A DNA stretch of 34,523 nt from a virus. Its lineage: Duplodnaviria; Caudoviricetes. Shown here piece by piece: positions 1 through 8,755 of the stretch. Numbering within the stretch: the first letter of the stretch is position 1; each line of letters opens with the position of its first letter. The notes under the pieces were generated by a model, which saw only the letters and a program-made list of their open reading frames with translations, was not told the DNA's origin and searched no databases. Where the stretch lies: IMG/VR virus record IMGVR_UViG_3300017940_000127, positions 1 through 34,523 of that record; one strand, written 5' to 3'. A program made the position numbers and the translations under genes.

Positions 1-2
1 CG

Positions 3-506
3 CCAGCGATCGTGTGGCTCGACCGCAACTGGTACGCGCTGGCCAACTCCGTGCCGAGCACCACGCCGGCGGCGATCATCGCGGCGGCCAAGGGCGGTGT
101 CTCGGCCATCCTGGTCGACGACACCACGGCCGGATTCACCTACTACGTGTGGAATGGGTCGGCCTACGCCTCCGGCACCTGGCTCAACACCAAGCCCACC
201 ACGGCCTACGGCGCTGCGGTCGGAAGCCCGACCGGCACGTCCGACACCGGCACGGCGCTGACGGGGATCGTGAAGGTCACCACCGGCACCGGGACCACAG
301 GCATCGTGTTCACGGAAACCTGGTCGACCAGCAACCAGTTCGCATACGCCCCGACCTGCACGGTGGTCTTGCTCGGTGCCACAGCTCCGCCAACGCTGAC
401 AGTGACGCCCACCTACGCCGGCGGGACACACGCCGTGCTGACGGTCACGGTCGCGTCGGCCATGGCCTCGACGACCCCGTACAGCTTCCAGTGGTCCTGC
501 TACTGA
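3..506 (+). CDS. Fibre/decoration-like protein, 5'-truncated; paralogous to the N- and C-terminal modules of the 1584 protein
   Basis: Frame is open from the window start; Thr/Gly-rich beta-type sequence; YVWNGSAY matches YTWNGSAY and TGIVKVTTGT matches SGIVLVTFGT in the 1584 protein. Confidence 0.7.
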   Translation, partial: PAIVWLDRNWYALANSVPSTTPAAIIAAAKGGVSAILVDDTTAGFTYYVWNGSAYASGTWLNTKPTTAYGAAVGSPTGTSDTGTALTGIVKVTTGTGTTGIVFTETWSTSNQFAYAPTCTVVLLGATAPPTLTVTPTYAGGTHAVLTVTVASAMASTTPYSFQWSCY

Positions 507-510
507 GTTC

Positions 511-589
511 CCCGCGCAGATTCATTCGCGGGCCGCGGCTCCAATTCGGAGCCGATCAATGGGCTGGGTTCTCTCAGGAGGCCCAGCCC
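511..589 (+). other. Three consecutive intergenic hairpins
   Basis: cccgcg 511-516/cgcggg 527-532; cggctcc 536-542/ggagccg 548-554; gggctggg 561-568/cccagccc 582-589; no U-tract. Confidence 0.55.
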
Positions 590-620
590 TCACATCTAAG
601 GGACGAGAGGAGCCCCTGAC

Positions 621-1544
621 ATGACCAAGATCCGCTTCGCAGTCATTGCGGCAATATGCCTGCTGGGGGCGAGCCTCGCCAGCGCACAGTACGTCAACCC
701 ATCGGCCCCAAACTACGGCGTCAACAAGATGGGCCAGTGCTACAACTCCACCCTGAATAACTGGGTCGACGTTCTGCCCACGACGGCCAACTACACCGTC
801 TATCCCGTCCAGTGCGATCAGTATGGGAACCTCACCGGAGTGAGTGCACCGGCGAAGATCTCCACCTCCGCCATCACGGTCAACTCCCTGGCGAGCGGGA
901 CGGACACGACAGCCGGAACAGCATCGACCACCGGCGGCACCATGACGGCCTCGGCGTACAACTACGCTCGGATCGTCGCCATCGATGCGGCCGGAAATCA
1001 CACTGCCCCAAACACCATCTCCGCGGCAAAGACGACCACAGGTACGACCGCCAGCATCGCGTGGTCATGGACGGCAGTCACGGGCGCGCTCTCCTACCAA
1101 GTGTGGGTCTGCACGGGATCATCGTGCACGCCGGCACACTATTTTACGAGCCCCACAAACGTCTATCTGCAGACATTGCCCGCAACGAGCGGCACAAGCG
1201 GCACCCTCCCGACCGTCAACAACACGGGTCAGATAACCGGGATGCTCGGTTCTCCCTACTGGGCAGACCACGTGGATGGATACAGCATTCTTTCGACGGA
1301 TGCGAACATCCGCGTGACCGGCGCATCTAACGCCGTGGTTACTCTGCCCGTGGCGGGATTGATGCAGGGCCAGATCATCAGGGTGAGCAATAAGTTGACG
1401 AACTCCGCGAACGTCACGGTGAATGCTGTCGGCGGTCCCGCGATCGGCAACTCAGGCAATGACACCTCGGAAGTGGTTTGGACCTACGGCAGCACCGACA
1501 CGTTCCAGTGGGACGGCACGATGTGGTGGGTGATTGCCCACTAA
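621..1544 (+). CDS. Secreted fibre-like protein (signal peptide, FN3/Ig-like domain, C-terminal phage fibre module)
   Basis: SD GAGGAG; MTKIRFAVIAAICLLGASLASA|Q; C-terminal pattern 'VTLP..G..I.V.N...V...QWDGTMWWVI' is typical of phage fibre/head-fibre ends. Confidence 0.7.
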   Translation: MTKIRFAVIAAICLLGASLASAQYVNPSAPNYGVNKMGQCYNSTLNNWVDVLPTTANYTVYPVQCDQYGNLTGVSAPAKISTSAITVNSLASGTDTTAGTASTTGGTMTASAYNYARIVAIDAAGNHTAPNTISAAKTTTGTTASIAWSWTAVTGALSYQVWVCTGSSCTPAHYFTSPTNVYLQTLPATSGTSGTLPTVNNTGQITGMLGSPYWADHVDGYSILSTDANIRVTGASNAVVTLPVAGLMQGQIIRVSNKLTNSANVTVNAVGGPAIGNSGNDTSEVVWTYGSTDTFQWDGTMWWVIAH

Positions 1545-1583
1545 GCGGGAGGATAAGCTGAAGAAACAAGAGGAACAGCACCA

Positions 1584-4500
1584 GTGAAAACATCCAATGT
1601 GCTGAGAGCGATCTTCTGGGCAGCCGTGTATGCGTTCCTGATATGGGGAGCGTGCGCCTACGGCCAAGGTTCGAACGGCGGCATCCTCTATGCCTCCGAC
1701 TTTGCCGCGTGGTCCCTGCCGCAAGGGACGGGGCCGGCCAACGGGATGATCGCTTGGCCCAGCGCGCAGGTGTGCCAGATCTCCACGGTGGGCGGCTACA
1801 GCTTCACGGCGCCGAAGGTGGGTCGCAAGCTCACCATCGTGGATAACGGAGTTCCGGCGCACACGGAGACCGTGACGCCGACGCAGGTGACCGTGGGACC
1901 AGGTGGCTGTTCGCTGACGGCCACAATGAGCTACTCGCACTTGAGCTATACCGTCAAGAGCGGCACGGCCGGGCTGCAGGAGGCGATCGACTACCAGACG
2001 GGCTTGCCGCAGGGCGCGCTGGTGGTTTTGACTCCGGCGTGGACGTTGGCCGGCGGGACCACGGGCATGATCACCGGAGCCTACGGAACATCGCTGGTGT
2101 CGATCTCCGATCAGCGAGATGCTGTGCTGATTGCCTACACTTGGAACGGAAGCGCCTACGTGGCGACTTCGTTTGGAGGAAGCGCCTGCGATCCCAATAC
2201 CATCCCCAACGGCTGCACTGGAGGCACTTCATTGCTTGCGGCGCAAGGAAGTTTGGGGATCTCTCCGGTCCAAAACATCGTCAAGTATGGCGCGGTCATC
2301 GATGGCATGTCGGGAACAGACATCGGTCCTGCAGTACAGAGCGCGATCGCGGCCTGCCCGGGCGACAGCGGCACAGGCGGCGTGTCCTGCACTGTGCTGC
2401 TGCCCTGCACCGGCGTGGGTTGCTATTGGAAGACGCAGACCGCCATTACTTCTGCGTATTCGAAATCGATCCTGATTCTCATCGAAGGAAAGGTGCAGTT
2501 AGGCGATACACTTCTTGAAAACTCTTTCATCGTGCTGCAAGGGAATTCGGGCGGAACGCCTCAAGGATTCCAGAACCGCGGCCCAGCGGCGGAGATTCAT
2601 GGCGCGCCGTGGAAGGGCACGATGGGGACGGCGATCACATCGATCGGGAGCCACAGCTTCACGCCGACATTCACCACCGGTGTGATCGGAAACTTGAGTA
2701 CAAATTCATGGCTCACCATCGTAGATCCTGTGACCGTCACAACGATCGGCACTGTGACACGGACGGCATGGACGGGAAACAGCCCCAACGTGTCGGCAAC
2801 GCTGACCTCCTACACTCGGATGGCGCCGGGTTCGCTCATCACTGTCAGCGGGTGCACGGATTCCAGCTTCAACGTGACAAACACCTTCGTGATTGCGGTG
2901 AACTACCAGAAGCACCTGATCTCGTGGGCAGAGGACCAAGCGGCGGGAACCACGACCGGCTGCACGATCACCGGGTGGAACCAGGACAGCTTTGAGTCCA
3001 CGCGGCTGACGAACGTGGGGAGTTCCACCCTGACCGCAACGTTCCGCAAAACGCATCTCGCAACCGCGCATTGGGGGATTGCCGGTGTCGCGTTGCCGGC
3101 CGGAGTCGGTCCTTATGAGCTCGACTATCTGGAGATCCAGTCCGCGACCGGCGCTCAGTTTGTAACGGGTGATACGGTCGACGCAACGTTGATCGGGGAT
3201 GGATTCGCGGCGTCCGCCAATGTGACCTCCATCGGTGCCGACGTAAACCTCGGGCTCTCGACTGTCAGAGATGTCTCGGTTGCCTCGTCGCTGGCCTCGT
3301 TCTGGACGTGTTACACCACCGGATACCAGAACTGCGCTGAGCCGAGTTTCCCTTCGGGAGCGTGGCGTTGCACCTACTACGGAGACGTTCCGAATGAGGG
3401 CGGCTGCGGACATACGAGCTTCAAGGACACGACATTTTACGGTGGCTTCGAGGCAGATAGCAATCAGAGGACGGCCTCGGTGTCAATGCCCGACTTCGAG
3501 CATGTCGAGTTTCGCATGTCACCGCAGTACGCGGTTGACATCGACAATCGATACGGCTCCTCTAACCCCTTTCAACTCGACTACGCAGTTCCAGAAGACA
3601 ACGCAATCGGCACACCGGTTCTTTGCACTGTGGGAACCACTGATGGAGATGCGGGGTATTTCGTTGGACCAGTGCACGTCGGCCGATGGGAATCGTCGGC
3701 GACCTACTGCCTCGCGCCTCCGGACTTCAACGGTCGGCTGATTGCGTGGCCCACGGATAACTTAGAGTTGCCAGTGAGGCCGGGTTTCCCGGCGGGAACC
3801 TTTGATTCGGGTGGAAAGCAACTGACGGAATTCTACGGACAGGATGCTGGACTCGGGCCGAGCGTGATTCCGTTCGCAACCCAAGCGGTCAATTCCGCGG
3901 CGAACGTCTCAGGACAATGCGTCTCTTCAGGTAAATGCACAGTCAGCACGGTCGTCGGGCCGGACGGGTCTGCCGACGCAATTGAGATCAAGGCAATCTC
4001 GGATGCCGCCTATCCCCCGCCGTATGGCTGGACCGGATCAATCGCCACTTATGCCGGAGACTGGATTCTCTACGGAGCGAAAGTGCGGCACGGCGCCGGG
4101 CTGAATGCGCCGAGTTCTCTCGCTGGTAACGCCTCTCTGGACATAGCGAGCTTCGGCACGGACAGCTTTATCGGCAACTCTCCGCAGTTCTGGCAGATGG
4201 GGATCACGCTCAACGGGGATTGGGAATCAATCGTGGGAGCCGCCACAGTCGTGACGGGTGAGGCGACGCCGCACACCGTGGGCTTGCGGATGTGGCCAGG
4301 CCCCTTGAGCACAGAAGGCAACCAGTTCTACAACTGGTTTGTCATCGTCGTGCCAGGGCCAAACAACCCCGCATGGGACTTGGTGACGACCGGGGAGACC
4401 ATCGAGCGGGTGCGGCGCGATCTGTTGCACGGCGCGGTTCCATCGAGCTTCAATCATCCGGGCATTGCAGTAACACTTGAAAGAGTCGCTGCCCCAGAAT

Positions 4501-4922
4501 TTGACATTCTAACTCCAGCTACGGGCGCGATTACACCGATCGCAGGCACCCCGCAGTCGGTTATCATTGTGGCCGACGCAGGAGTCGATCCCTCACATGG
4601 TGGAACGGCCGTATGCTGGGATTCGGGACATGGTGGAACGGCAGTGTGCAATTCGACCAGCGGGATTGTACTGGTGACATTTGGCACAACGCCGGTGGAC
4701 GACGATCTTTTCGAGGTAGGCTGGGTAAGCGCGAAAGCGAGCATGCCAGTCCTTACGCCAGCCCAAGTTCATGCGACAGCACCGCCGCAGTGCTGGATTC
4801 AGGAAGATGCCGATAACAGCACAACGCTCAAAGGTGTTATTATCCAGAATTCAGCTACTTGTGGATTTATTTCGAACATGACCGAGTATGTCAGTTACCA
4901 CATTGATCCGGTACTTCCGTGA
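1584..4922 (+). CDS. Tailspike/receptor-binding-like protein with Sec signal peptide and pectate-lyase-like beta-helix
   Basis: GTG start after GAGGA; signal MKTSNVLRAIFWAAVYAFLIWGACAYG|Q; NIVKYGAVIDG..TDIGPAVQSAIAA resembles the beta-helix entry motif of tailspikes. Confidence 0.7.
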   Translation: MKTSNVLRAIFWAAVYAFLIWGACAYGQGSNGGILYASDFAAWSLPQGTGPANGMIAWPSAQVCQISTVGGYSFTAPKVGRKLTIVDNGVPAHTETVTPTQVTVGPGGCSLTATMSYSHLSYTVKSGTAGLQEAIDYQTGLPQGALVVLTPAWTLAGGTTGMITGAYGTSLVSISDQRDAVLIAYTWNGSAYVATSFGGSACDPNTIPNGCTGGTSLLAAQGSLGISPVQNIVKYGAVIDGMSGTDIGPAVQSAIAACPGDSGTGGVSCTVLLPCTGVGCYWKTQTAITSAYSKSILILIEGKVQLGDTLLENSFIVLQGNSGGTPQGFQNRGPAAEIHGAPWKGTMGTAITSIGSHSFTPTFTTGVIGNLSTNSWLTIVDPVTVTTIGTVTRTAWTGNSPNVSATLTSYTRMAPGSLITVSGCTDSSFNVTNTFVIAVNYQKHLISWAEDQAAGTTTGCTITGWNQDSFESTRLTNVGSSTLTATFRKTHLATAHWGIAGVALPAGVGPYELDYLEIQSATGAQFVTGDTVDATLIGDGFAASANVTSIGADVNLGLSTVRDVSVASSLASFWTCYTTGYQNCAEPSFPSGAWRCTYYGDVPNEGGCGHTSFKDTTFYGGFEADSNQRTASVSMPDFEHVEFRMSPQYAVDIDNRYGSSNPFQLDYAVPEDNAIGTPVLCTVGTTDGDAGYFVGPVHVGRWESSATYCLAPPDFNGRLIAWPTDNLELPVRPGFPAGTFDSGGKQLTEFYGQDAGLGPSVIPFATQAVNSAANVSGQCVSSGKCTVSTVVGPDGSADAIEIKAISDAAYPPPYGWTGSIATYAGDWILYGAKVRHGAGLNAPSSLAGNASLDIASFGTDSFIGNSPQFWQMGITLNGDWESIVGAATVVTGEATPHTVGLRMWPGPLSTEGNQFYNWFVIVVPGPNNPAWDLVTTGETIERVRRDLLHGAVPSSFNHPGIAVTLERVAAPEFDILTPATGAITPIAGTPQSVIIVADAGVDPSHGGTAVCWDSGHGGTAVCNSTSGIVLVTFGTTPVDDDLFEVGWVSAKASMPVLTPAQVHATAPPQCWIQEDADNSTTLKGVIIQNSATCGFISNMTEYVSYHIDPVLP
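4595..4650 (+). repeat. In-frame tandem duplication, 33-nt period (HGGTAVC x2)
   Basis: acatggtggaacggc at 4595-4609 and 4628-4642. Confidence 0.8.
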
Positions 4923-4930
4923 GGAGAACC

Positions 4931-5449
4931 ATGAAACGCATCTTTGCAGCATTCGCACTCGCAGTTCTAGCGGCAGGTTGTCACGGGCAGGTCCCGCCCG
5001 CTTCGTCGGCCAAGGTAGTTCTGACCTGGACCGCGCCAGTCGCAAGCGGCAACTGGACCGGCTGCACCACGGCCGCGCCATGCACCTACGCGATCTACCG
5101 CGCGACAGGCGCAACGTGCCCTGCCTCGACCAGCACAGCTTTTCAGGAGGTCACCACGCCCACGGCGCGTCCCTCGGGCACAACCTGGACTGATACCACG
5201 GCGACCGGGATGACGGTCTGCTACATCGCAGCAACGATCCAGGGGACGCAGAACAGCGGGCCGTCGAACACGGCTGGGCCAATCGCAGTTCCGGGCGTTC
5301 CGCTGGCTCCGGCGTTGGGGACTCCATCGACCGCGGTGCTCGAGAAGTCTCCGGGCTGCTTCGATTGCTTCACGCCGGAGCAGGTGAACTGCTGGGAAGG
5401 ATCGTGCACTGCGCCGTTGAGTCTGATGGCGACGCTGAAGAGGCGGTGA
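4931..5449 (+). CDS. Exported (possibly lipid-anchored) FN3-like Cys-rich protein
   Basis: SD GAGGAG before ATG 4931; MKRIFAAFALAVLAAGC (lipobox-like, or SPase I cleavage at CHG|Q); LTWTAP...YAIYR...TWTDT...CY...SGPSN is an FN3 pattern. Confidence 0.75.
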   Translation: MKRIFAAFALAVLAAGCHGQVPPASSAKVVLTWTAPVASGNWTGCTTAAPCTYAIYRATGATCPASTSTAFQEVTTPTARPSGTTWTDTTATGMTVCYIAATIQGTQNSGPSNTAGPIAVPGVPLAPALGTPSTAVLEKSPGCFDCFTPEQVNCWEGSCTAPLSLMATLKRR

Positions 5450-5604
5450 TGGACACGCCGCTGCGCATCTGCGCGGATCTGGACCGGCTGCGTCAGTCGG
5501 TTGGGAGCAGGCCGTTGGAAGGCATCCGTGCGACGCGCGTGTTGAAGGAACTGGCGCACGTAGACGAGCGGCTCAAGGTGATTTTGGCAGGACAGGTAGG
5601 GTAG
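5449..5604 (+). CDS. Small hypothetical protein (51 aa)
   Basis: ATG overlaps the upstream TGA (TGATG coupling); helical sequence. Confidence 0.5.
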   Translation: MDTPLRICADLDRLRQSVGSRPLEGIRATRVLKELAHVDERLKVILAGQVG

Positions 5605-5618
5605 GATAGGGGAAGGCG

Positions 5619-6044
5619 ATGAGCGATGATGGGCGTCTTGGCGAGCTCGATGGGCGTCTGCGGAAACTGGAGACAGATATAGCCTCACTGACAGCGGATC
5701 ACAAGAGCGTGATGTCCGACCTCTACGGCAACGGGCAAAAGGGACTTCTCGATACGCTCAACGAGTTCGTTGCGGCGTACAACACGCGGGAGACAGAGCG
5801 AGAGAAGGCGCTCATCACGCAGCAGAATTCGGTTAGCGACGTGCTGGATATTCACAACAAGAAAGTCATGCGATGGGTTGCAATCATAGGACTGCTGGTG
5901 GCTGTCCTAACACTCGTAGAGGGGACTAAACTCCTGCCAAAAGGAGTGCTGAAGACACCGGCAATCATCGCTTGTCAGACCGCTACTCATCTGACCAGCG
6001 GATGCGCAAACCCGGCGTATGGCAGTAGCATGTACAGCAGGTAG
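5619..6044 (+). CDS. Coiled-coil plus single-TM membrane protein, holin/lysis-associated type
   Basis: Heptad-like N-terminus, 'DLYGNGQKGL' motif, TM segment WVAIIGLLVAVLTLV; lies among lysis-type genes. Confidence 0.6.
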   Translation: MSDDGRLGELDGRLRKLETDIASLTADHKSVMSDLYGNGQKGLLDTLNEFVAAYNTRETEREKALITQQNSVSDVLDIHNKKVMRWVAIIGLLVAVLTLVEGTKLLPKGVLKTPAIIACQTATHLTSGCANPAYGSSMYSR

Positions 6045-6178
6045 ATCAGGAAGATCACGGCGACAATCACCTGAGCCACGCGGCCAAAGGGCGCCGGCAG
6101 GGGAATGAGGCTGATGATCCAGTACACCACGCCGAAGATCAGGCAGACGATGAGAAGCGTTACCAAGATCGAAAGCAT
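5987..6178 (-). CDS. Small two-TM membrane protein resembling the Thivi_2564 family
   Basis: MLSILVTLLIVCLIFGVVYWIISLIPLPAPFGRVAQVIVAVIFLIYLL; minus-strand SD AGAGGT 6 nt before the ATG. Confidence 0.7.
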   Translation of the reverse strand: MLSILVTLLIVCLIFGVVYWIISLIPLPAPFGRVAQVIVAVIFLIYLLYMLLPYAGFAHPLVR

Positions 6179-6333
6179 CGAAGCACCTCTACCTGAGAAG
6201 AGCACTAGGGGCAGCGAGCCGTCTGTGCAATCCGGTACATCCAGGCCAGCTCCGCGCCCGATCACCGACCGCGAAATGGCTGAGTGGAAACGGGAGCAGG
6301 GTCGGGCGTAGAATTCTGAAAGGAGAACCGACA

Positions 6334-6576
6334 ATGTGGAGCACAATCGTTAGCGCATGGGCGCATTTTACGCAGAACTGGAAATCGACCGCGGCGAACT
6401 TCCTTACGCTGGTGGTCATCACCGGCGGCTACTTCGCGGTGATTCCCGTCGCCACGCTTCAGGAGCACGGCATCACCCAGAATGAAGTGTTCTGGGGAAC
6501 GGTGATCTGCGGGCTGGCCAAGCTGTACGTAGGCCTCATCACGAATGACGCCAAGTCCACCCAGGCGGCGAAGTGA
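6334..6576 (+). CDS. Putative holin (2 TM)
   Basis: Strong SD AAGGAG; 'NWKSTAA' followed by two hydrophobic segments and a charged tail. Confidence 0.6.
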   Translation: MWSTIVSAWAHFTQNWKSTAANFLTLVVITGGYFAVIPVATLQEHGITQNEVFWGTVICGLAKLYVGLITNDAKSTQAAK

Positions 6577-6842
6577 ACCTCGCCCTCACTCCCGCGCAGT
6601 TCGCGGCCCTGCTCGTCGCGCTGATCGCTGATGCCGCCGTGCACCTGGTCCAGACCGGCCCGCTGACCGGCAACTTGTCCTATCGGGGCGCTACGATCGG
6701 CTACGCCTATGACGGCGCTCTCCAGGTGACCGTGGCGATCCTCGATAAGCACTTCCCGGCGATCCTGCTCACGGACGACCAGATTTTCGCCAAGATCACC
6801 GAGAAGTTCAACCAGTACATCGCAGGAGGCAACACCGCATGA
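6573..6842 (+). CDS. Hypothetical protein
   Basis: GTGA and ATGA overlaps with both neighbours. Confidence 0.65.
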   Translation: MNLALTPAQFAALLVALIADAAVHLVQTGPLTGNLSYRGATIGYAYDGALQVTVAILDKHFPAILLTDDQIFAKITEKFNQYIAGGNTA

Positions 6843-7546
6843 GACTCAGAGGCGCAAGACCATCTCCCAGGCATCGCCTCGCGGCTGCACGGCCACACGT
6901 TCCATTGGCTCCGACGCCGCCACAGTTCCTGTGGAAGCCTGTGCAGATATCGATGTGGGCCAACGATGTCGATGGCGACTGTGTGACAGCCGAAGAGGCG
7001 TTCGCCAAAGCCTGCCACTCGCCGGAGATTTTCGTCACCGACGATGAGGTAGTCGCCTGGGCGACGGCGAACGGCGTTCTAAATGGGGCCGATCTGACGC
7101 AGGTTCTCGACCTGATGCAAAAGGGTGGATTCCTCCAGGGAAGTTCGCGCCTGGATGACGGGCCTTACGTTTCCGTGGATTGGACCAACGCGGCGATTCT
7201 CAAGAACGCCATCGCACAAGGGCCGGTCAAGATCGGAGTAGCCGCGGATCAGCTTGAAAACGCGGTTCCCGATCCGCCTACAGACGGCTGGCTCGCCTCG
7301 GGATTCAAGCGGGACCAGAACGAGGATCATTGCGTCTCGCTCTGCGGGTACGGAGAGATCGGCTGGCTAGCTAAGCAACTCGGAGTGACAGAAGACGGCT
7401 ATCTCCTCGAAGCTGATTCTTCAGGATACGCAATGTTCACCTGGAACTCCATCGGGATCATCGACGTGCCCTCGCTGCTGGCAATTTGCGGGGAGGCATG
7501 GCTCAGGAATCCCACAACCGTTGTAGCCGCGATGGCGGCACTTTAA
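6839..7546 (+). CDS. Papain-like cysteine peptidase
   Basis: NDVDGDCVTA (Cys), DHCVSLCGY (His), FTWNS; SD AGGAGG. Confidence 0.7.
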   Translation: MRLRGARPSPRHRLAAARPHVPLAPTPPQFLWKPVQISMWANDVDGDCVTAEEAFAKACHSPEIFVTDDEVVAWATANGVLNGADLTQVLDLMQKGGFLQGSSRLDDGPYVSVDWTNAAILKNAIAQGPVKIGVAADQLENAVPDPPTDGWLASGFKRDQNEDHCVSLCGYGEIGWLAKQLGVTEDGYLLEADSSGYAMFTWNSIGIIDVPSLLAICGEAWLRNPTTVVAAMAAL

Positions 7547-7607
7547 CAAACGAGACAGCCCATGGGGGCAGCGAGGTTTGCCGTGGATCCAGAAAGTGAG
7601 CTAGTCA

Positions 7608-7904
7608 ATGAACCGGCGTGAAGCTCTTGGAACGTTTGTAATCGCGGCGGCAAGTCCAGTTTTGGGCGCACAGACTGGATCCGAAACGGCTGCTTCCTCT
7701 TACGCTCGGTTAGTCAACGCCACCGGAGAGGACGCTGCTGAACGAAAGCGCCAATACGCGATCTGCAAAGAACGTGGGCACGCACACGGAATAGGAATGT
7801 TTGCAGCCTATCCCGAAGAAACAAATCCGTTTGTTCCCTGCAAATTCTGTGGCACGGGATTCCGTTTCGTAACTACAATGGAGGAACAAGGTGCTCCTGA
7901 GTAG
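7608..7904 (+). CDS. Small Zn-binding protein with Tat-like signal
   Basis: MNRREALGTFVIAAASPVLGA|Q; C-x3-GH ... CKFC. Confidence 0.6.
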   Translation: MNRREALGTFVIAAASPVLGAQTGSETAASSYARLVNATGEDAAERKRQYAICKERGHAHGIGMFAAYPEETNPFVPCKFCGTGFRFVTTMEEQGAPE

Positions 7905-8013
7905 AATTGTCTGGGCATATGCCGAACTGGGCCTTGGCGCTTTCTGGCTCTTGGTTCTTCTGAGCTTTTCTGCGTCAGACCTCATCAAGAAATGGAGAAG
8001 GAGACAACCATGA
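7891..8013 (+). CDS. 40-aa single-TM protein (below ORF-track cutoff)
   Basis: GGAGGA 5 nt before GTG; MLLSRIVWAYAELGLGAFWLLVLLSFSASDLIKKWRRRQP; ATGA overlap with the next gene. Confidence 0.55.
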   Translation: MLLSRIVWAYAELGLGAFWLLVLLSFSASDLIKKWRRRQP

Positions 8014-8582
8014 AGCACATTCTCATCACCGCGGGCCTGTTGTTGTTGTTCCTCGCTGCGGCAATGGCCGCCAGCGCGCAGGTCACAGTTGGAACGACCG
8101 CAAGCGCCTACTACTACCAGAAAGCCTGGTTTGTGGGCAACGAGACGACCGCCAGCGTGCCCTTTCTGTACCTGGGCACCGCGAAGAACAACATCCTGTC
8201 GCTGGGCGGGCGCAACGATGTGGCTGCGAACGCGTTCGACGCCTACACCGGACTCGTGAGCTTCCAGCCCGACCTGACCAAGTATTTCGGCAATCAGGTG
8301 GCGCTCTCGCTCGACGTGGGAGGCGGCGCGGCCACGCTTGCGGCCGGAGGGACCAAGCCTGCCGTCCAGGGCACGCTGAACTTTACCGTCATGCTCACGC
8401 CGAACACGTCTGCTATCGGCGGGTACGCCGGGGGCGGCTTGATTGGCGGCAACAAGTTTGGGAAGTTCTCGGCCGGCATTGCGCATTACTTCGGCGGTCC
8501 TGCCACGGTGCAGAGCCAGGCCAAGAAGAACTTCGTGAAGCGATACCTTTCGACCCACTTCAAGAAGCAGACGGGCCAGTAG
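8010..8582 (+). CDS. Putative small outer-membrane beta-barrel protein
   Basis: Signal MKHILITAGLLLLFLAAAMAASA|Q; alternating amphipathic strands ending FSAGIAHYF, then a basic tail. Confidence 0.55.
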   Translation: MKHILITAGLLLLFLAAAMAASAQVTVGTTASAYYYQKAWFVGNETTASVPFLYLGTAKNNILSLGGRNDVAANAFDAYTGLVSFQPDLTKYFGNQVALSLDVGGGAATLAAGGTKPAVQGTLNFTVMLTPNTSAIGGYAGGGLIGGNKFGKFSAGIAHYFGGPATVQSQAKKNFVKRYLSTHFKKQTGQ

Positions 8583-8584
8583 CC

Positions 8585-8755
8585 ATGGACCGCTTCGTCT
8601 TGATCGCCCAGGCCGTCTCGCCGGGTGGGAGCGCGGAGTTCGACGTGAAGCTCTACGTCTGCGAAAAGTGCGGTGCCATCGTAGCCGAAGATCGGCGGCA
8701 GGCGCACCGGGAGTGGCATGAGCACGTCGCGGCCCGCGCAACATCGGAGGGATGA
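8585..8755 (+). CDS. 56-aa C2H2-like zinc-finger protein (below ORF-track cutoff)
   Basis: MDRFVL...YVCEKCGAIVAEDRRQAHREWH (C-x2-C-x11-H-x3-H); fills the gap exactly and its TGA overlaps the lysozyme ATG. Confidence 0.65.
   Translation: MDRFVLIAQAVSPGGSAEFDVKLYVCEKCGAIVAEDRRQAHREWHEHVAARATSEG

Noticed and set aside
5619-6311. Stop-codon readthrough or recoding joining 5619-6044 to 6105-6311
   Set aside because: Needs both TAG and TGA read through; all three stops end genes normally elsewhere; the antisense membrane gene explains the region
6305-7910. TAGAAT repeats (near 6309 and 7902) as phage promoters
   Set aside because: Too short, no shared -35 or flanking consensus; the second coincides with a stop codon
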